Shown: positions 50,963 through 62,024 of the stretch, one piece after another | How the letters are laid out: each line of letters starts with the position of its first letter | Numbering within the stretch: position 1 is the first letter of the stretch | NCBI GenBank assembly: GCA_047602475.1 | Contig: JASGHE010000002.1 | Span: forward strand, 1,830,240 to 1,894,239 | Source: Gemmatales bacterium | GTDB taxonomy: Bacteria > Planctomycetota > Planctomycetia > Gemmatales > HRBIN36 | Reading direction: 5' to 3' | Length of the DNA stretch: 64,000 nucleotides | The notes under the pieces: generated by a model | What the model saw: only the letters and a program-made list of their open reading frames with translations | Database searches by the model: none | What the model was told of the DNA's origin: nothing | Made by a program: the position numbers and the translations under genes

Positions 50963-51204
50963 CGCCGACGAACCGTCTCGCCTGACGATGGTCTACCTCT
51001 TCTATCGGCAAGGCAGGGGGATGTTACGACCGTGCAAGTCGTTAAAGTCAGTGAAGATGATGTTAAGCTGGGTAGAGTCTGACGGTTACTTAGGAAGGTA
51101 ATGCTCTTCGATGTCGGTTAATATCAGGATTATAGAGCGTGCTTAAATGTCTTATTCTGGCTCCTGGCTGCTTACTTCTGGCTCCTGCGGGTACTCCCGC
51201 AAAG

Positions 51205-51278
51205 TATCCTCGACGTGAGTCGAACACGTAACCTCTGCCTTCGGAGGGCAGCGCTCTATCCAATTGAGCTACGAGGAC
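51205..51278 (-). tRNA. tRNA-Arg (anticodon CCG)
   Basis: Reverse complement GTCCTCG-TA-GCTC-AATTGGATA-GAGC-G-CTGCC-CTCCGAA-GGCAG-AGGTT-ACGTG-TTCGACT-CACGT-CGAGGAT-A folds as a 74-nt cloverleaf. Anticodon loop is CU-CCG-AA. CCA is not encoded. Confidence 0.85.
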
Positions 51279-51322
51279 TTGTTCTCTTCAAGTATACGCT
51301 TCAGCCATGCTAACGCCAGTCT

Positions 51323-52239
51323 TTATTCACTTCCGAAATGGTGCGTGTAACCCAGGGCGGGAAGTAGTCGTCTTTGGCCGTGCTCTACCAGCGTTACCTC
51401 CTTCTCCTTAGTGAACCTTCCGATGAGACTGAGGTTCACTCCCGGTGGCTGGGTTTGTATCAGTCGTTGTGCATCTTCCTCACTGACAGCAAAGAGCAGT
51501 TCAAAGTCTTCCCCATCTCCCAGAGCATGTTGCAACGGCGTCTTGCCATCGTTCATCCGATGTGCAGCCTCGTTGATGGGCACCTTCTCGGCCCAAACTT
51601 CCGCACCGCATCCACTTTCCTGACAGAGGTGATGCAGATCAGCAGCCAGGCCATCGCTGATGTCGATCATGGCGTGGAGATTAACTAACTGATGCAGTAG
51701 CTGGGCTTCCTTTACTCGTGGGGTGAAGTCGAGATGATGGCCGAGGATGCTGCCGCCCAGTGATCCGGTGACGAGCAGGGCATCGCCGGGCCTGGCACCG
51801 GAGCGTTTGACTGCAAAAGTTCCCGTCGGTTCACCGAAGAGGGTAACATTGATGGTGATCGGTCCGTACCAGGCGTTGGTGTCGCCGCCGACGATGGCGG
51901 TATCAAACCGAGTCGCCTGGGCCTGCAAGCTCAGGAAGAAGGCTTCCGCCCAGCTTTGAGGAAGATCATGGGGCAGGCCCAGGCTGACGACTGCTGCGAC
52001 AGGCTTGCCCGCCATCGCAGCCATGTCGCTGAGATTGACGCTCATTGCCTTCTTGCCGATGCGCTGCGGGCCGGCATCACGCAGGAAGCAACTGCCTTCC
52101 ATCAACATGTCAGTCGTCACCAGCATCGAACGTGGTCGGGCCACGATACTTCCGCACAGTCATCGCCGATACCCAGCAGCACCCGTGGGTTCTTCCCAGT
52201 CTGCTTGCGCAGCCATTGAATGTACTCAATCTCAGCCAT
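51323..52239 (-). pseudogene. thiL: thiamine-monophosphate kinase, frameshift near 52140
   Basis: N-terminus MAEIEYIQWLRKQTGKNPRVLLGIGDDCAEVS is in one frame and ...RPRSMLVTTDMLMEGSCF... continues in another. The junction tcgtggcccga would need tgggcccga. Confidence 0.7.
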
Positions 52240-52255
52240 GCTATTGTGATAGCAA

Positions 52256-55200
52256 CTAGGCTGCTTTCGTTAATGGCCCCGGCAACGCAAGATAGCCATT
52301 CGATCGACTCAGCTTCATACCGTTCTCGATCTTCTTGACGAGATGACCGATCTGATCGAGTTGCATCACCTGCTCGGCTGAATCACGGCCCTGAAGGATG
52401 AGCTTCTCCAACTTCTGGGCCGAGTCGCTGAGTACCGGGTAGCCGTAGAGCTTGCCACCATCGGTAAGGGCATGAGAGAGTCGAGCCAACCGGGCGAGGT
52501 CCGCCACCTGCAAGGCTGCCCGCATATCAGCCAGATGGCTAGGCAGCTTGGCGACGTAGTTACGGATGAGGTTGAGGAAGTCCCGGTCAGCGTGGAAGTC
52601 TGAAGTCAAACTATCGGACGAGTGCTGAGCCATCTCCATCTTTCGGGAGAGGAACCCTGCCAGCGTGTGCCGCCACACGGCGGGAACGATGGGGCTGGGC
52701 AGCAGGTTATCGCCGCCGGCAGCGAGGAACTCTTCCCGCTGGGTGGGAAGGAAGGGCGTGCCGACTCCGAGGATCGCTCCTCGATAGAAGTGCGAACGCA
52801 GCAGTTGAGCCGCTTTGACGAACGAGACATCTCGCTTGCCTGCATCCCAAAGCACAACATCGAACCAGTCTTCCTTGATGCGGTTGACTGCCTGCTCAGC
52901 ATCGTTGGCCACTTCGCAGCGCAATCCCATTCGTTCAAGTTGGTAAGTAGTGACACGCTGTTGTTCCTGGCCATCCATCACGATCAGAGCCTGGCCCCGC
53001 AGCGGTTGATCCCATTCGACATCGGGCAACGGTTCCTTATCGAAGCGTAACCGTTCCATGGGAACGAGGTTGAGCATTTCCGAGGCGGTGACCGGCACCA
53101 CGAGGCTGCTGCGGCCAAGCTGTTCAGCAAGCAGTTCGCCGCCAATCGCCTGAGACTGTCGCCGGGTGATCGCCTGCCTGAACTCCACAGCCATCGTTGT
53201 TGAAGGAATACGACTGGTTTGTTCTACTTCACCAGCCACGATATCGATCCGCAGTTTGCCGGGCAGAGGATGAACTGGCCTTCTGCTGTTCCATGCCGAC
53301 GTTGATGATGACGGAGCCGGTCTGGGTGGCACGAATCGATTGGCTCACCAGATGTTGCAGGATCGCCGTCAGCCGAGTTGGATCGGTGGTAATGATGGAG
53401 GGCATCGCTCCCAGCGGCTGCAGCGACAGAGCCAAGCCCTTTTCCTCAGCACTGGGTCGTTGTTGGGAGACGACCTGCTGGACGATCTGCCAGGGGGAAC
53501 AGGCTGCTTTGACAATCGGAGCCTGCCCCGCTTCGAGTTGAGCGAAGTCACATGCCTGTTCCAACAGCCGTCTCACATAGCGGCCATGTTGCAGGATGCC
53601 GACGAGAGCCTGCCGTCGCATCTCCTGCTGGCGCTGGCATCGAGCAGGGCATCAGCATTCTGAATGAGGTTTGACAGAGGCGGTTCGAGTGTTTGAGCTA
53701 GTCCGCCAAAGAACCGGGCCCCTGCTAGTTGATCAGTATTCACAGCCACAGGTACTTCCTTGACCGCTTCGATGGGCCGGGCGATGATCGAGTACCCATC
53801 GAGAGTCTGTTGTTCCATCATCGGTGTCAGCGTGACCTGGAAACTATTCACGCCGAGTTTGCACTCACCGGCCCAGGGCTTCATGTTCCTCAGCACCGTG
53901 TCGGTCATCACCTGTTTCCACAGCGGATGATCGCTGGGTTGGTTGCGGGCATTGCCCCTCAGCTTGCGGCCAGGTTCGTTCTCGAAGAGTATTTCGCCAT
54001 TGGGATCGAAGATGACGACAGCATCGGCAAAGCCACGCAGGGCACCGGTCAACATGGCGACGCTGTGGGCTTCCTGTTCCCAGGCTGATTGAGCTTCACT
54101 TGCATCCTGTTGCACCTTTTCGAGTTGTGCTTCGTTTTGCTTCAACTGCTTCTCAGCGGCATCCCAGTGGGCTTTAGCTTCGAGCCGTTCGGTCTCGGCA
54201 GCCTTCAGTTTCTGTTCGGTCTTGAGCAGCTGACTACGAGCGGTCTCGCCTGCTGCCTCAGCTACCTTGAGCTTGATCTCCAGATCGTTGACACGATCCG
54301 AATCGGGTTTCGCTGATTGCAGCTTCTTGAGTTCAGCTTCCGATTCATCGAGCAATTGCGTCATCGTGTCGTGTTCAGCCTGTGCCGTTTCGAGCAGCTT
54401 CTGGAAGCGTTCAGCTTCCGACTTCCAATGGATGACCTGCTGCGTTGTGCCTGAAGATGTTTGCTCATGCAGAGTCAGGGCATTCTGTGCCGTTTCCCAC
54501 TGGCTGCGCAGGTGTTCATGCACCTTGCGGTTGGTCTCTTCCAAGTTGGCCAGGTCGCCCTGCAATTGCTGGGCACGTTCCCGATGTTGATGAGATTCCT
54601 GGGTGATGGCATCACTCTCCGCCTCGGCCAACTGCCAGCGGAGGAACAGGCTCAGCACCGCACCAGTAGTGTGCAGCAGCGATTGAACTTGCGCGGTATC
54701 AGACAGGCTCACGCCACGAACGAGCAGCACTGCTTTGCCTTGCAGCCCAAGATCGAGCGGACAACTCCAGTGGCCGCCATTCTGAATGATCGCCCCGGAA
54801 CGCATAGCCTGGTTCAGCAGCGGATCGTCGATATCAGTACCGTCTCCTGTACTCACCGCCAGTTGGGGCTGCTGATCGGGTTCACTTACCCAGAGCGTAG
54901 CGTGCTGGGCATGAAATTCTGTCACCAGTCGATTCAGCCAGGCTTTGCCCACGTCTTGCAGGGTGACATCGCTGGCCAGTTGCGTGCTGACTTCCTGCAG
55001 GAAGGGTAGGTAGTCTGGCTTTGATACAGTGGCCTGCCGCAGCCGATAGAGTTCTTCTTCCAACTGCTTCTTGGCCGATTGAGCCTGATCACGATCTGCC
55101 AGGGCGTTTCGCAGCGGGCCTTCCAAGTTGATGTCAAACACGCTCTTCGTCTTGGGGCGACTCTTGGCGATGGTCTGCGTTTGCATCATGCGTGAATGAA

Positions 55201-55657
55201 TGAAAAGCGACAGGCCAGTGGTGCCGGCCCAGGGCAGCACATAACTCATCCAGGCACCCGGCGGGCAACGCAGGGCACAGGCTGACCAGGCGGCCAGCGA
55301 GACAGTGAGATAGAGAAGTAGCGATTCAGTCGTCGGAGCCAGCAGTGCGTAACCGATGATGAGGAGCAGTGCGAACGTGGTATAGCTTAAATCCTGACTG
55401 ACCACGAGAGTGAGCAACAGTTGTGCGGTGGGCACCGTGAAGAGCATCAGTAGCAGTAGTGATGTGACCTGCTGAACCGTTGTCTGTGACGAGAACGTCC
55501 AATGACCTTGCTTGAGTACGATAGCGCCCAGTAACAGAGCCACAGCCCCGGCCGTCGCCGACCAGGCGAGCAGCGTGCCCCCGGCGGCATCGAGCACCAC
55601 ATGGTACATCGCCGTCATGGCCAGGATGCCCGCCGCCAGCAGCCAAAGGAAGACCAT
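52256..55657 (-). pseudogene. hybrid sensor histidine kinase (TM sensor + GAF/PAS + coiled coil + HisKA + HATPase + receiver + HPt), two frameshifts (about 53600 and about 53300)
   Basis: ORF 53573..55657 has the TM bundle, long coiled coil and HisKA start (...LIQNADALLDASAS). ORF 53229..53621 has the HisKA end plus HATPase N-box (...PSIITTDPTRLTAILQHLVSQSIRATQTGSVIINV). ORF 52256..53332 has the remaining HATPase (...MAVEFRQ...AIGGEL), REC (ALIVMDGQ...DVVLWD) and HPt (LSHALTDGGKLYGY). Confidence 0.6.
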
Positions 55658-56027
55658 AAGTCCCGACTGTAGCGAATAACGCCGACCGCCGAGCGACCAG
55701 GAACTCGTCTCGGAGTTGCCGAGATCGATGCCTAGATCATCCTCGGCTGTCGCAATTGGGGATTGAACGGAATGAGCGGCTGATCTGCTGACATCATGGC
55801 ATCCATGCCTTGGGTGTGCAGAGAGGGGGGAGTTTAAGGCCGTAGTTTACTCAGAAATCAAGGAGGCTGTCGAGGGGGATTTGTTGCGGAGACTAAATCT
55901 CACGTCGTCCAAGGGTCGTGCCACACTTCGCCGGTACTCCGGCGAGGTGTGGTTACGGGAGACAAAGGTAAAGCCAGAAAACCCAAGCAGGTGTGCTGAC
56001 ACGAGGTTCGGGCTGTGAGTAGGCATC

Positions 56028-56630
56028 TCATAGCAGCACTGGTGCTTCTATTTTTTCTATGAGCAGAATGTCAGCTTTGCCTGTTCCCACACCATTGTTA
56101 ATAGCTTCCAGATTGATATGTAAAGCGGCTCTTGTAAGTGTGTGCCCGTTTACCGTGATGTCAAACCAGTATAAACCTTCCCCGTCCCACCGAATGTGAA
56201 CTGGAAACACCGCAGTAATTGAATGGCCTGTTGGCCTCTCAGAAAATTTGAACTCGCTTACTCCAAATTTATCTCGTCTTCCTCTTGGGGTAATATTCCA
56301 AACCTCAATCATCAAATCCTTGGTTGGACGTGCAGCTCGCAAACTGAGGAACATTTGCAATTGTGGCCTGATTAAATGGTTGCTATCAAGGGATTCCGTC
56401 GCAGACTTGTTAAGGTTAAGCGTGTCGACAATCCTCATCGGGCTTGCAACGCCATCCTCTTCTTTTAGGACTTTTTCGCAAATTAACGCAGCCACAACAT
56501 AAGGGAACGAAACGGCTGCAAAGACGAGTCTTTTCTTCTTTGCTTCGATCCGTTTTTTTGACTTCATCGTCGCCAAGATGTCACCCTGAGTTCGTTCTTC
56601 GCTTCTTCTAGTTCTTGGACGCTGCTTCAC
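56028..56630 (-). CDS. hypothetical protein (low-GC islet), divergent from the RelA/SpoT-domain gene
   Basis: 200-aa ORF (internal alternative start MKSKKRIEAKKKRLVFAAVSFPYVVAAL at 56566). No recognisable domain. GC is about 42-45% against about 59% in the flanks. Confidence 0.45.
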   Translation of the reverse strand: MKQRPRTRRSEERTQGDILATMKSKKRIEAKKKRLVFAAVSFPYVVAALICEKVLKEEDGVASPMRIVDTLNLNKSATESLDSNHLIRPQLQMFLSLRAARPTKDLMIEVWNITPRGRRDKFGVSEFKFSERPTGHSITAVFPVHIRWDGEGLYWFDITVNGHTLTRAALHINLEAINNGVGTGKADILLIEKIEAPVLL

Positions 56631-56911
56631 GCATTGCCGTCTCTAACCAACAAGCCAATTCATAGGGTTTGTGAATGAGACCAATTCAAAAAGTCTCCTT
56701 CCGCTAGGATCGGCATTCAGAGAACGCCGTCAAATTCTAGAGGTACCGGCTTTTTGACTTTGCCATATGCTTATTCTAGTCATCCGGTTCTAAAGATGGA
56801 AGAATAAGTTCATGCAAGATTTCCTTTAGTGAGCTCGTACTTTGATAGAGACGCCGGCAACTGATCCTCAATAAGTTACTTCAAGACACGTCTTCCGGTA
56901 ATGAGTTTGCT

Positions 56912-57960
56912 ATGCAGTGGCCTTCAATGCCTTATTCCAGGAGCGAGATAAACCGAGCTGGGGAGCTGCTGGCTCATAATGCCAATTCATCTTCTCAAGA
57001 AGAATGTGACTGGGCGGAAGTAGTTATTCATGCGTGGCGATCATGTCATGCGTTCCCAATGAATGTTTTTCGGGCAGCGCTTCTTCTCGCGCTCGGCGAT
57101 CAGCAAAGTCACCAATTGTAGCGCAAAGGTTGAAAAGGTTTCCTTCGATCATCAGCAAATTGGAACGCTTCAGGACGATGACCTTAACACAAATGCAAGA
57201 CATTGGAGGATTACGCGCAGTAATCGATTCAATGACTGGTTTGAGGAAAATTCACGAATTGTACAAAGGTCAGGACAGCCCTCACAAGCTCTTCAAAACC
57301 AATGACTACATAGCCACGCCAAAGCCAATGAATGGCTATCGTAGTTTGCATCTAATTTACAGGTACATCAACGAAGATGACCCACGATACAACGACATGC
57401 ATCTTGAGATACAATTAAGAACTGTGTTGCAGCATGCATGGGGTACGGCAGTTGAAACAATTGACACGCTGTTTGGCCAGAAATTAAAGGCAAGCTTAGG
57501 AGATAAATCATGGACTGATTTTTTTAGAGCTGCTTCGGCTGCTTTTTCGCATCTAGAGGAGGAAGCTGTCGTTCAAGAGTACAGCGGGCTGACTCGGAAA
57601 CAATTGTTCAAGCTTGTGGCTGAAATGGAGGCAGAGCTTCAAGTCTTACACAAACTTGGCACACTCAGCAACGCCATTGAATCGATCACTTATGTTGGCT
57701 CAAAGGCCAAATACTACTTGTTAATCCTGGATGCAAAGTTCAGGTCAGTTACAATTCAATCATTTGCAGAGCGGAATTACATGCAAGCTTTATCACAGTA
57801 CGTCCAAGCTGAATCTAGAGCTCGAAAAGGCGACCAAATTGAGGCAGTACTAGTGACTGGCCCAGCGATTGCTAATCTGAAAAAAGCATACCCAAATTAT
57901 TATCTAGACACCACAAAGTTCTCCTCCACTATTCAGAAAATCATTAAGGAGTCGGTTTAG
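56912..57960 (+). CDS. RelA/SpoT-domain (small alarmone synthetase-like; toxSAS/CapRel-like architecture) protein. Single frameshift near 57090
   Basis: Synthetase motifs RLKRFPSIISKLER, MQDIGGLRAVID, NGYRSLHLIYRY and EIQLRTVLQHAWGTAVE align with RelQ/YjbM motifs. N-terminal about 80 aa (YSRSEINRAGELL...DWAEVVIHAWRSCHAFPMNVF) is in the adjacent frame. C-terminal about 140-aa extension has no known domain. Confidence 0.7.
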
Positions 57961-58072
57961 CAAAGCAATGATTCCACAGCTGATTAGGCTTGATTAGATT
58001 GTAAGAATGTATCCCTCACCCGACGTGAGTGCTGCGCATGGAGAAGTAAAGTAAAAACCTTGGCCTGCTTGA

Positions 58073-59398
58073 TTACCGCTCGCTCGACCTTCCCACCAGC
58101 TCATCCGCCAGGGGCACGCCCATCGCTTCCAGCTTCGGGGCGAGGGCCCTCGGCAGTCGGAAGTCCATCTTGATATCGTCCTCGACCGTTTCCTGATGAT
58201 AGACCTCGGCGTGGGCGGCGAGGTAGGCGAGGGCTTTGCCGTTGCCGCTGTGGATCGTCAGGTGCAGATCGAGCATGTCTTCCGAGAGCGCGCTGATCAC
58301 CGCATCGGAGAGTTGATCGAGGCCGATCTTCTTGCGGGCACTCACCGTCACCAGCCGGCTGGGCCGGCGTTCCATATCCTTGGCGACCCGCTGCTCCGCT
58401 TCCTGGGCATCGGCAAGCTTGTCGATCTTGTTGAGCACCAGAATCGTCGGCTTCTCCAGACAGTCGAGTTCTTCCAGCACCGAGTTGACTGCCTTGATGT
58501 GTTCGACGAGGAAGGGATTACTGGCATCAACGACATGCAATAGCAGTTTGGCTTGCCTGGCTTCTTCCAGCGTCGCCTTGAACGAAGCGACCAGGTGGTG
58601 AGGCAGATAGCGGATGAAGCCGACAGTGTCGCTGAGGAGCACCTTGCCCCAGTCTTTGATCTTCCATTGCCGGGTACGGGTTTCGAGGGTGGAGAAGAGC
58701 TTGTCTTCGACGTAGGCCCCGCTGTCGGTCAGGGCGTTCATTAGCGAGCTTTTGCCTGCGTTGGTGTAGCCGACGAGGGAGACGGTGTGCTCTTCGTTCC
58801 TGCTTCGCACCTCTCGTTCCTTGCGGGCTTCGACATCGTGCAGCTTTTTCTTCAGGTCTTGGATGCGATGGGTGATGAGCCGGCGATCTTCTTCGAGCTG
58901 GGTTTCACCAGGGCCTCGTAAACCGATGCCACCCTTGTAACGGGATAAGTGCGTCCACATCTGCTTGATGCGGGGCAGACTGTATTCCAACTGGGCCAGT
59001 TCGACCTGGAGTCGGGCGGCGGTCGTTCTGGCCCGGGAGGCAAAGATATCGAGAATGAGTTCCGAACGATCGATGACTTTGACGCCAGTCGCTGTTTCGA
59101 GATTACGAATCTGAGCTGGGGTGAGTTCGTTGTCAAAGATGACGACATCAGCATCGGTCATCTTGACAAGTTCGGCCAGCTCATCGGTCTTGCCTTTGCC
59201 GATGTAGGTGCCATGCTGAATTTCCTGCCGCCTTTGGGTCATCTCGCCGACTACGAGGGCCCCGGCTGAGGTGGCGAGTCCGCGCAGTTCATCAAGCGGA
59301 TCATCGGAGATCCAAGGCCGCTTGGGCAGCTCCACCCCGACCAGCACGGTCTTTTCCTGATGGACGGTCTGTTGATCACGAACTTCGGGTCTACTCAA
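58073..59398 (-). CDS. hflX: GTPase HflX
   Basis: HflX N-domain. G-domain motifs VSLVGYTNAGKSSL, DTVGFI, LNKIDK. Confidence 0.9.
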   Translation of the reverse strand: MSRPEVRDQQTVHQEKTVLVGVELPKRPWISDDPLDELRGLATSAGALVVGEMTQRRQEIQHGTYIGKGKTDELAELVKMTDADVVIFDNELTPAQIRNLETATGVKVIDRSELILDIFASRARTTAARLQVELAQLEYSLPRIKQMWTHLSRYKGGIGLRGPGETQLEEDRRLITHRIQDLKKKLHDVEARKEREVRSRNEEHTVSLVGYTNAGKSSLMNALTDSGAYVEDKLFSTLETRTRQWKIKDWGKVLLSDTVGFIRYLPHHLVASFKATLEEARQAKLLLHVVDASNPFLVEHIKAVNSVLEELDCLEKPTILVLNKIDKLADAQEAEQRVAKDMERRPSRLVTVSARKKIGLDQLSDAVISALSEDMLDLHLTIHSGNGKALAYLAAHAEVYHQETVEDDIKMDFRLPRALAPKLEAMGVPLADELVGRSSER

Positions 59399-59425
59399 TG
59401 TCTGAATCTCAGTGGAAAAGGAGGG

Positions 59426-60868
59426 TCAGGGTAGTATGACAGAGCCGACGACAGGCTGGTTCGGAGGGCCATATTTATTGATGAACCGCCGAACCTTGCC
59501 TGACTTTGAATCATGTGGAATCTTGGCGACAATGTCAATGCGGCAATCGAGATCGACATCCATCCCTTCGACATGCAGAACATTGTTGATCGACTTGCGG
59601 ATATCCTCTTTGGTCATGGTGGAATGAGGCACCACCTCGACCAATACCTGGAACTCATTGTGCCCGGTCTGGGTCACTTGATACTCTGAGAGATCGAACA
59701 GGTAGAGGAAGGCGTCCTTGAAGATGAAGTTGCTCATCTCCAGTGCTTCACCCTTGCGGTTGGTAATCCAGAACTGATCGTTCGACCGCCCGGCGATGCT
59801 GGAGATCAAAGGCAATTGGTTGCCACACGGGCAGGGATCAGGGCTGATGGTGATGACATCATCCACTTCGTATCGAATGATTGGCTGGACGAAATTCATC
59901 AAGTTCGTCAGCAGCACCTTGGTGCCCGGCGTACCGGGAGGCACCGGCTGGTTGTTGGCGTCGACATTTTCGAGGATGGCCATGTCGTTGTTGATGTGAG
60001 CGCCTTTGCCGCTGGGGCAGCCAAGACTCAGTTGAGGACATTCGCCCAGAGCGTAGTGGTTGGCTACCGGGACCTTGAGGTTCTCTTCAATGTACTTTTG
60101 CGTATCAGGGGGCAGTGGCTCGCTGATGGCGATGACCAGTTCCAGGTTGCCCTCGCTGACCAGTTTCGTCTTCCCCTGCTTGGCGGCACGGGCCAGTTGT
60201 TCCAGGACGTGCACGTAAGCGGTGATGAAGTTCGGCTTGAACTCTTCGAGCTTTTTGACTGTTTCCTCAAAGGGGTCGGAGAGGTTCAGCCTCAGCATAT
60301 CGGCCAGCTTGCGGGAAGCCTTGGGCATGTAGCCGAAGGCGGCGCCGCTGGGAATGAAGCAGGGCTTGAAGAGTACCAGTGCCCAGCGGGACCGTTTCTT
60401 GAAGAGCTTCTTGAAGACCGTGCCCCATGTCTTGGGCATGGCGTGGCCACGAGCTACCTGCATGGCGAAGAGGTGAAAGGGAGCATCCTTGGGCTGAACG
60501 ACGATCATCGCCTGGCCCTGGCTGCCGGAGGTGTGGGAAACCACGAACTCATCGAGATAATACTTGCCGATGTTATTAAGGTTGGTCATGAACTCCGTGA
60601 TAGGCTGTTTCTGCAGCCGCGGGTCGGTGACGACATCATGGAAGTTCGCCATTAGATCAGCTTTGGTGGTGACGGGCAGATCTTGCAACCGGCAGGTCTC
60701 GAGGTTAATGCCTTTCCATCGGTCACGATAGAACTTGGAGTGTGCCTGGGTATTACGGAGGAGTTCACGCAGCTTCTTCTGCTGAATCCGCAGGATATCC
60801 TCCTGCGAGCGTTTCATGACACGGTTATAGCGGTTGACGTAGTAGATGAAGCGGATGAAATCGAGCAT
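59426..60868 (-). CDS. phenylacetate-CoA ligase-like adenylate-forming enzyme (PaaK / coenzyme F390 synthetase family)
   Basis: The AMP-binding-like core (SHTSGSQGQAMIV; AYVHVLEQLARAAKQGK) and C-terminal domain fit the PaaK family. Start is uncertain (60868 or 60817). Confidence 0.7.
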   Translation of the reverse strand: MLDFIRFIYYVNRYNRVMKRSQEDILRIQQKKLRELLRNTQAHSKFYRDRWKGINLETCRLQDLPVTTKADLMANFHDVVTDPRLQKQPITEFMTNLNNIGKYYLDEFVVSHTSGSQGQAMIVVQPKDAPFHLFAMQVARGHAMPKTWGTVFKKLFKKRSRWALVLFKPCFIPSGAAFGYMPKASRKLADMLRLNLSDPFEETVKKLEEFKPNFITAYVHVLEQLARAAKQGKTKLVSEGNLELVIAISEPLPPDTQKYIEENLKVPVANHYALGECPQLSLGCPSGKGAHINNDMAILENVDANNQPVPPGTPGTKVLLTNLMNFVQPIIRYEVDDVITISPDPCPCGNQLPLISSIAGRSNDQFWITNRKGEALEMSNFIFKDAFLYLFDLSEYQVTQTGHNEFQVLVEVVPHSTMTKEDIRKSINNVLHVEGMDVDLDCRIDIVAKIPHDSKSGKVRRFINKYGPPNQPVVGSVILP

Positions 60869-61049
60869 GTTGACTGTGAGCAGGCTCCGGAGAACGAATC
60901 GAACAGATATGTCGATTTTCGGGAAAACCCTTGACAATGACCAGCATCAGACTCATCTTCTTGGTAACTAACTTTTTTAGCTCATTGACGCTGAAGAAGG
61001 TGGCCAAGGGCCTTTAGTCAGGAATCCCATCAATTGTGGAAAGGCTTCC

Positions 61050-61907
61050 ATGAGTGTCTGCCGTCAAGTTTGGGAACGTCGTTACCTTCTGCTGACAATC
61101 GTTATCTGCCTGGCGTTCTTCGCTACCGTGTATGCTCAAGATGACGTAAAGCCAACGGCTCCGGCTGCGCCGGTCAATGCACCCGCTACCAAGACCGGCG
61201 AAGGCTCCGCCATGATGGAGTTCCTCTTCAAGTCGATCACGGGCTACGTCCTGATCGCCTGCTATCTGTTCTTTGTCGGCCTGATGGTATGGCTCATCAT
61301 CGATCTGCGCGGGGCGAACTTCATGCCTGCCGACTTTGTGGAGCACCTCGACGAGATGCTTCGCAACAAGCAGTTCAAGGAAGCGTTTGAACTGGCTCGT
61401 GCCGATCATTCGCCCTTTGGCAAGGTGATGGCAGCGGGCATGGCCCGCCTCTCTTCCGGGCTGCCCGAAGCACGGGATGCCGCCGAGTTCATGATCGAGA
61501 GCGCCAAGAATCGCAAGGACAGCCTGCTTGGCTACATGGCGGTGCTGGGTACCCTGGGGCCGCTGATCGGGCTGGTCGGCACCGTCTCCGGTATGATCGA
61601 TACCTTCTCCGAACTCGGTTCGGGCACCACGCCGAACGTGGGCAAGCTCGCTCAGGGTATTTCTCACGCTCTCAACGCCACGCTCATCGGCATCTTCCTC
61701 TCGGTGTTGGCGATCCCGGTCTACACGTTCTTCAAGAACAAGCTGAACCGTATCGTCATTGATGCCAGCCTGCTCGCGGACGACCTGCTGACGCAGACGT
61801 TTTACAGTTCTCGCAAGCCTGATGCAGCCAATCAATCGACTTCATTCCCGGCGGTGCAGCCACAGGTCGTGCAGCCCAAGGTGCCGCCCAAACCCGATGG
61901 CAAGTAA
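61050..61907 (+). CDS. exbB: MotA/TolQ/ExbB proton-channel family protein
   Basis: Signal/TM, then LGTLGPLIGLVGTVSGMIDTFSEL...ALNATLIGIF are conserved ExbB/TolQ helices. Confidence 0.85.
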   Translation: MSVCRQVWERRYLLLTIVICLAFFATVYAQDDVKPTAPAAPVNAPATKTGEGSAMMEFLFKSITGYVLIACYLFFVGLMVWLIIDLRGANFMPADFVEHLDEMLRNKQFKEAFELARADHSPFGKVMAAGMARLSSGLPEARDAAEFMIESAKNRKDSLLGYMAVLGTLGPLIGLVGTVSGMIDTFSELGSGTTPNVGKLAQGISHALNATLIGIFLSVLAIPVYTFFKNKLNRIVIDASLLADDLLTQTFYSSRKPDAANQSTSFPAVQPQVVQPKVPPKPDGK

Positions 61908-62024
61908 GGGTCAGATACCAGCCCGACGCGCTAGCGAGGGGGCGCGTGCAATCGCAAGATTAACCCTCCCTGGCGCGTCGGGCTGGTATCAAACCATTAA
62001 ACCAAGGATCTCAAGGAAGACGAA

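Noticed and set aside
48926-51082. 718-aa ORF on the plus strand
   Set aside because: Antisense to the thioredoxin-fold gene 49001..50962. It is low-complexity with no start context.
51205-51278. tRNA-Arg as an integration site for a genomic island
   Set aside because: No integrase, direct repeat of the tRNA 3' end, or compositional shift is visible on either side. The flanking genes (thiL, thioredoxin-fold protein) look native.
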